A stretch of DNA of 64,000 bases from an uncultured cyanobacterium (GTDB taxonomy: Bacteria > Cyanobacteriota > Cyanobacteriia > Cyanobacteriales > Nostocaceae). Made by a program: the position numbers and the translations under genes. Each line of letters opens with the position of its first letter. Within the stretch, counting starts at the first letter, position 1. The notes beneath the pieces are model-generated. The model was not told the DNA's origin, did not search any database, and saw nothing but the letters and a program-made list of their open reading frames with translations. Shown here piece by piece: positions 63,236-64,000 of this stretch. The stretch is taken from contig OY970166.1 in assembly GCA_963706595.1 (NCBI GenBank), positions 5,408,001 to 5,472,000 on the forward strand, given 5' to 3'.

Positions 63236-63451
63236 ATGGCAACTTTAACTATTCGTTTACCAGACGATAAGCACAACAGATTAAAAGAACTTGCTCAAGC
63301 CAAAGGTATAAGTGTCAATAAGCTAATTGAAGAACTTTCTACTATCGCTCTAGCCGAATTTGATGCCAATACAAGGTTTAAAGCAATGGCCGCAATGGGG
63401 AACCCTGAAGAAGGCTTAAGAATATTAGATAAACTTGACACTCTATTATAG
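63236..63451 (+). CDS. Ribbon-helix-helix antitoxin (HicB-like C-terminal family)
   Basis: MATLTIRLPDDKHNRLKELAQAKGISVNKL; AGGAG RBS. Confidence 0.8.
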   Translation: MATLTIRLPDDKHNRLKELAQAKGISVNKLIEELSTIALAEFDANTRFKAMAAMGNPEEGLRILDKLDTLL

Positions 63452-63457
63452 CGCCAA

Positions 63458-63492
63458 AAATGCCCTGAGATTTTAGTAAATCCAGGGCATTT
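63458..63492. terminator. Hairpin between convergent genes
   Basis: AAATGCCCTG...CAGGGCATTT. Confidence 0.45.
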
Positions 63493-63526
63493 CTAGATAG
63501 ATTCTCAGCTAATTAGCCTTAGATGT

Positions 63527-63688
63527 TGTTTGAAAAGTCTAATTTATTACAGCCCTGGCGACTAGAAGTCGCGGCTATACAAGCTAAACCCGCCTGCGCG
63601 GGTTAAAAACTTTAATTTTTCATTAGTTCGCGGAGGCGGACTTTGCTTGTGTAGTAGCGAATTATATTCGCCCAAAACTTTTCAAACA
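63527..63688. mobile_element. MITE-like element with TGTTTGAAAAGT...ACTTTTCAAACA termini and internal hairpins
   Basis: Perfect 12-bp inverted termini. Confidence 0.65.
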
Positions 63689-63693
63689 CTCTC

Positions 63694-64000
63694 TTATCGC
63701 ATAGTTACAAATTCTTCAGCAGAACTAGGATGGATTCCTACTGTGGCATCAAAGTTAGCTTTAGTAGCACCCATTTTAACTGCGATCGCCACTCCTTGTA
63801 TAATCTCAGCAGCGCTGGTTCCTACCATGTGCGCCCCCACTACCTTATCGGTATTTTGATCAACCACTAATTTCATCATGGTTTTTTCATCTTTACCAGC
63901 TAAGGTATAATACATCGGTCGAAAACGACTGCGATAAACTTTCACCGCATCACCATATTGTTCTCTGGCTTCGGCTTCAGTCATACCCACAGTTGCAGCT
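63694..64000 (-). CDS. gor: Glutathione reductase, 3' end (gene starts beyond the window)
   Basis: GAHMVG...EIIQG...[21 protein letters not shown]. Confidence 0.9.
   Translation of the reverse strand, partial: AATVGMTEAEAREQYGDAVKVYRSRFRPMYYTLAGKDEKTMMKLVVDQNTDKVVGAHMVGTSAAEIIQGVAIAVKMGATKANFDATVGIHPSSAEEFVTMR

Noticed and set aside
1..64000. HIP1 (GCGATCGC) abundance and scattered 7-11-mer repeats as a novel signal
   Set aside because: Well-known background of Nostocales genomes; only interrupted HIP1 sites are reported

Overview
Chromosomal window from a heterocyst-forming cyanobacterium (Nostocales; many HIP1 GCGATCGC octamers, heptameric STRR arrays, REP/MITE-like repeats). The housekeeping backbone comprises ClC channel, cyAbrB, Rrf2, cbiB, pyrR, a three-gene photosensory phosphorelay, sbp-cysT-cysW, lysA-cdaA-uppS, rimI, clpC, cobG-H-I with a cobalamin riboswitch, cobL, susB plus a GH65/beta-PGM fusion, menF-A-C-E plus thioesterase, and gor. 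Accessory material includes: an inactivated IS200/IS605 tnpB that broke an aminotransferase gene; a restriction-modification island; an arsenic operon (gap-arsJ-acr3-arsH) with ArsR-type boxes; an orphan APH-kinase/HopA1 pair resembling a class V lanthipeptide dehydratase; a two-gene Shango-like (TerB-C + DUF2791 ATPase) remnant; and several toxin-antitoxin remnants. The most notable patterns are 21-nt two-hairpin elements inserted in frame into HIP1 sites of two genes, one MITE family sitting at the truncation point of two different toxic genes, and duplicated gene ends or terminators bracketing accessory genes at three places. Four +1 frameshifts in conserved genes (cbiB, lysA twice, rimI) may be sequencing errors. 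No rRNA, tRNA or CRISPR array was seen. All family assignments come from motif recognition by eye; no searches were run.
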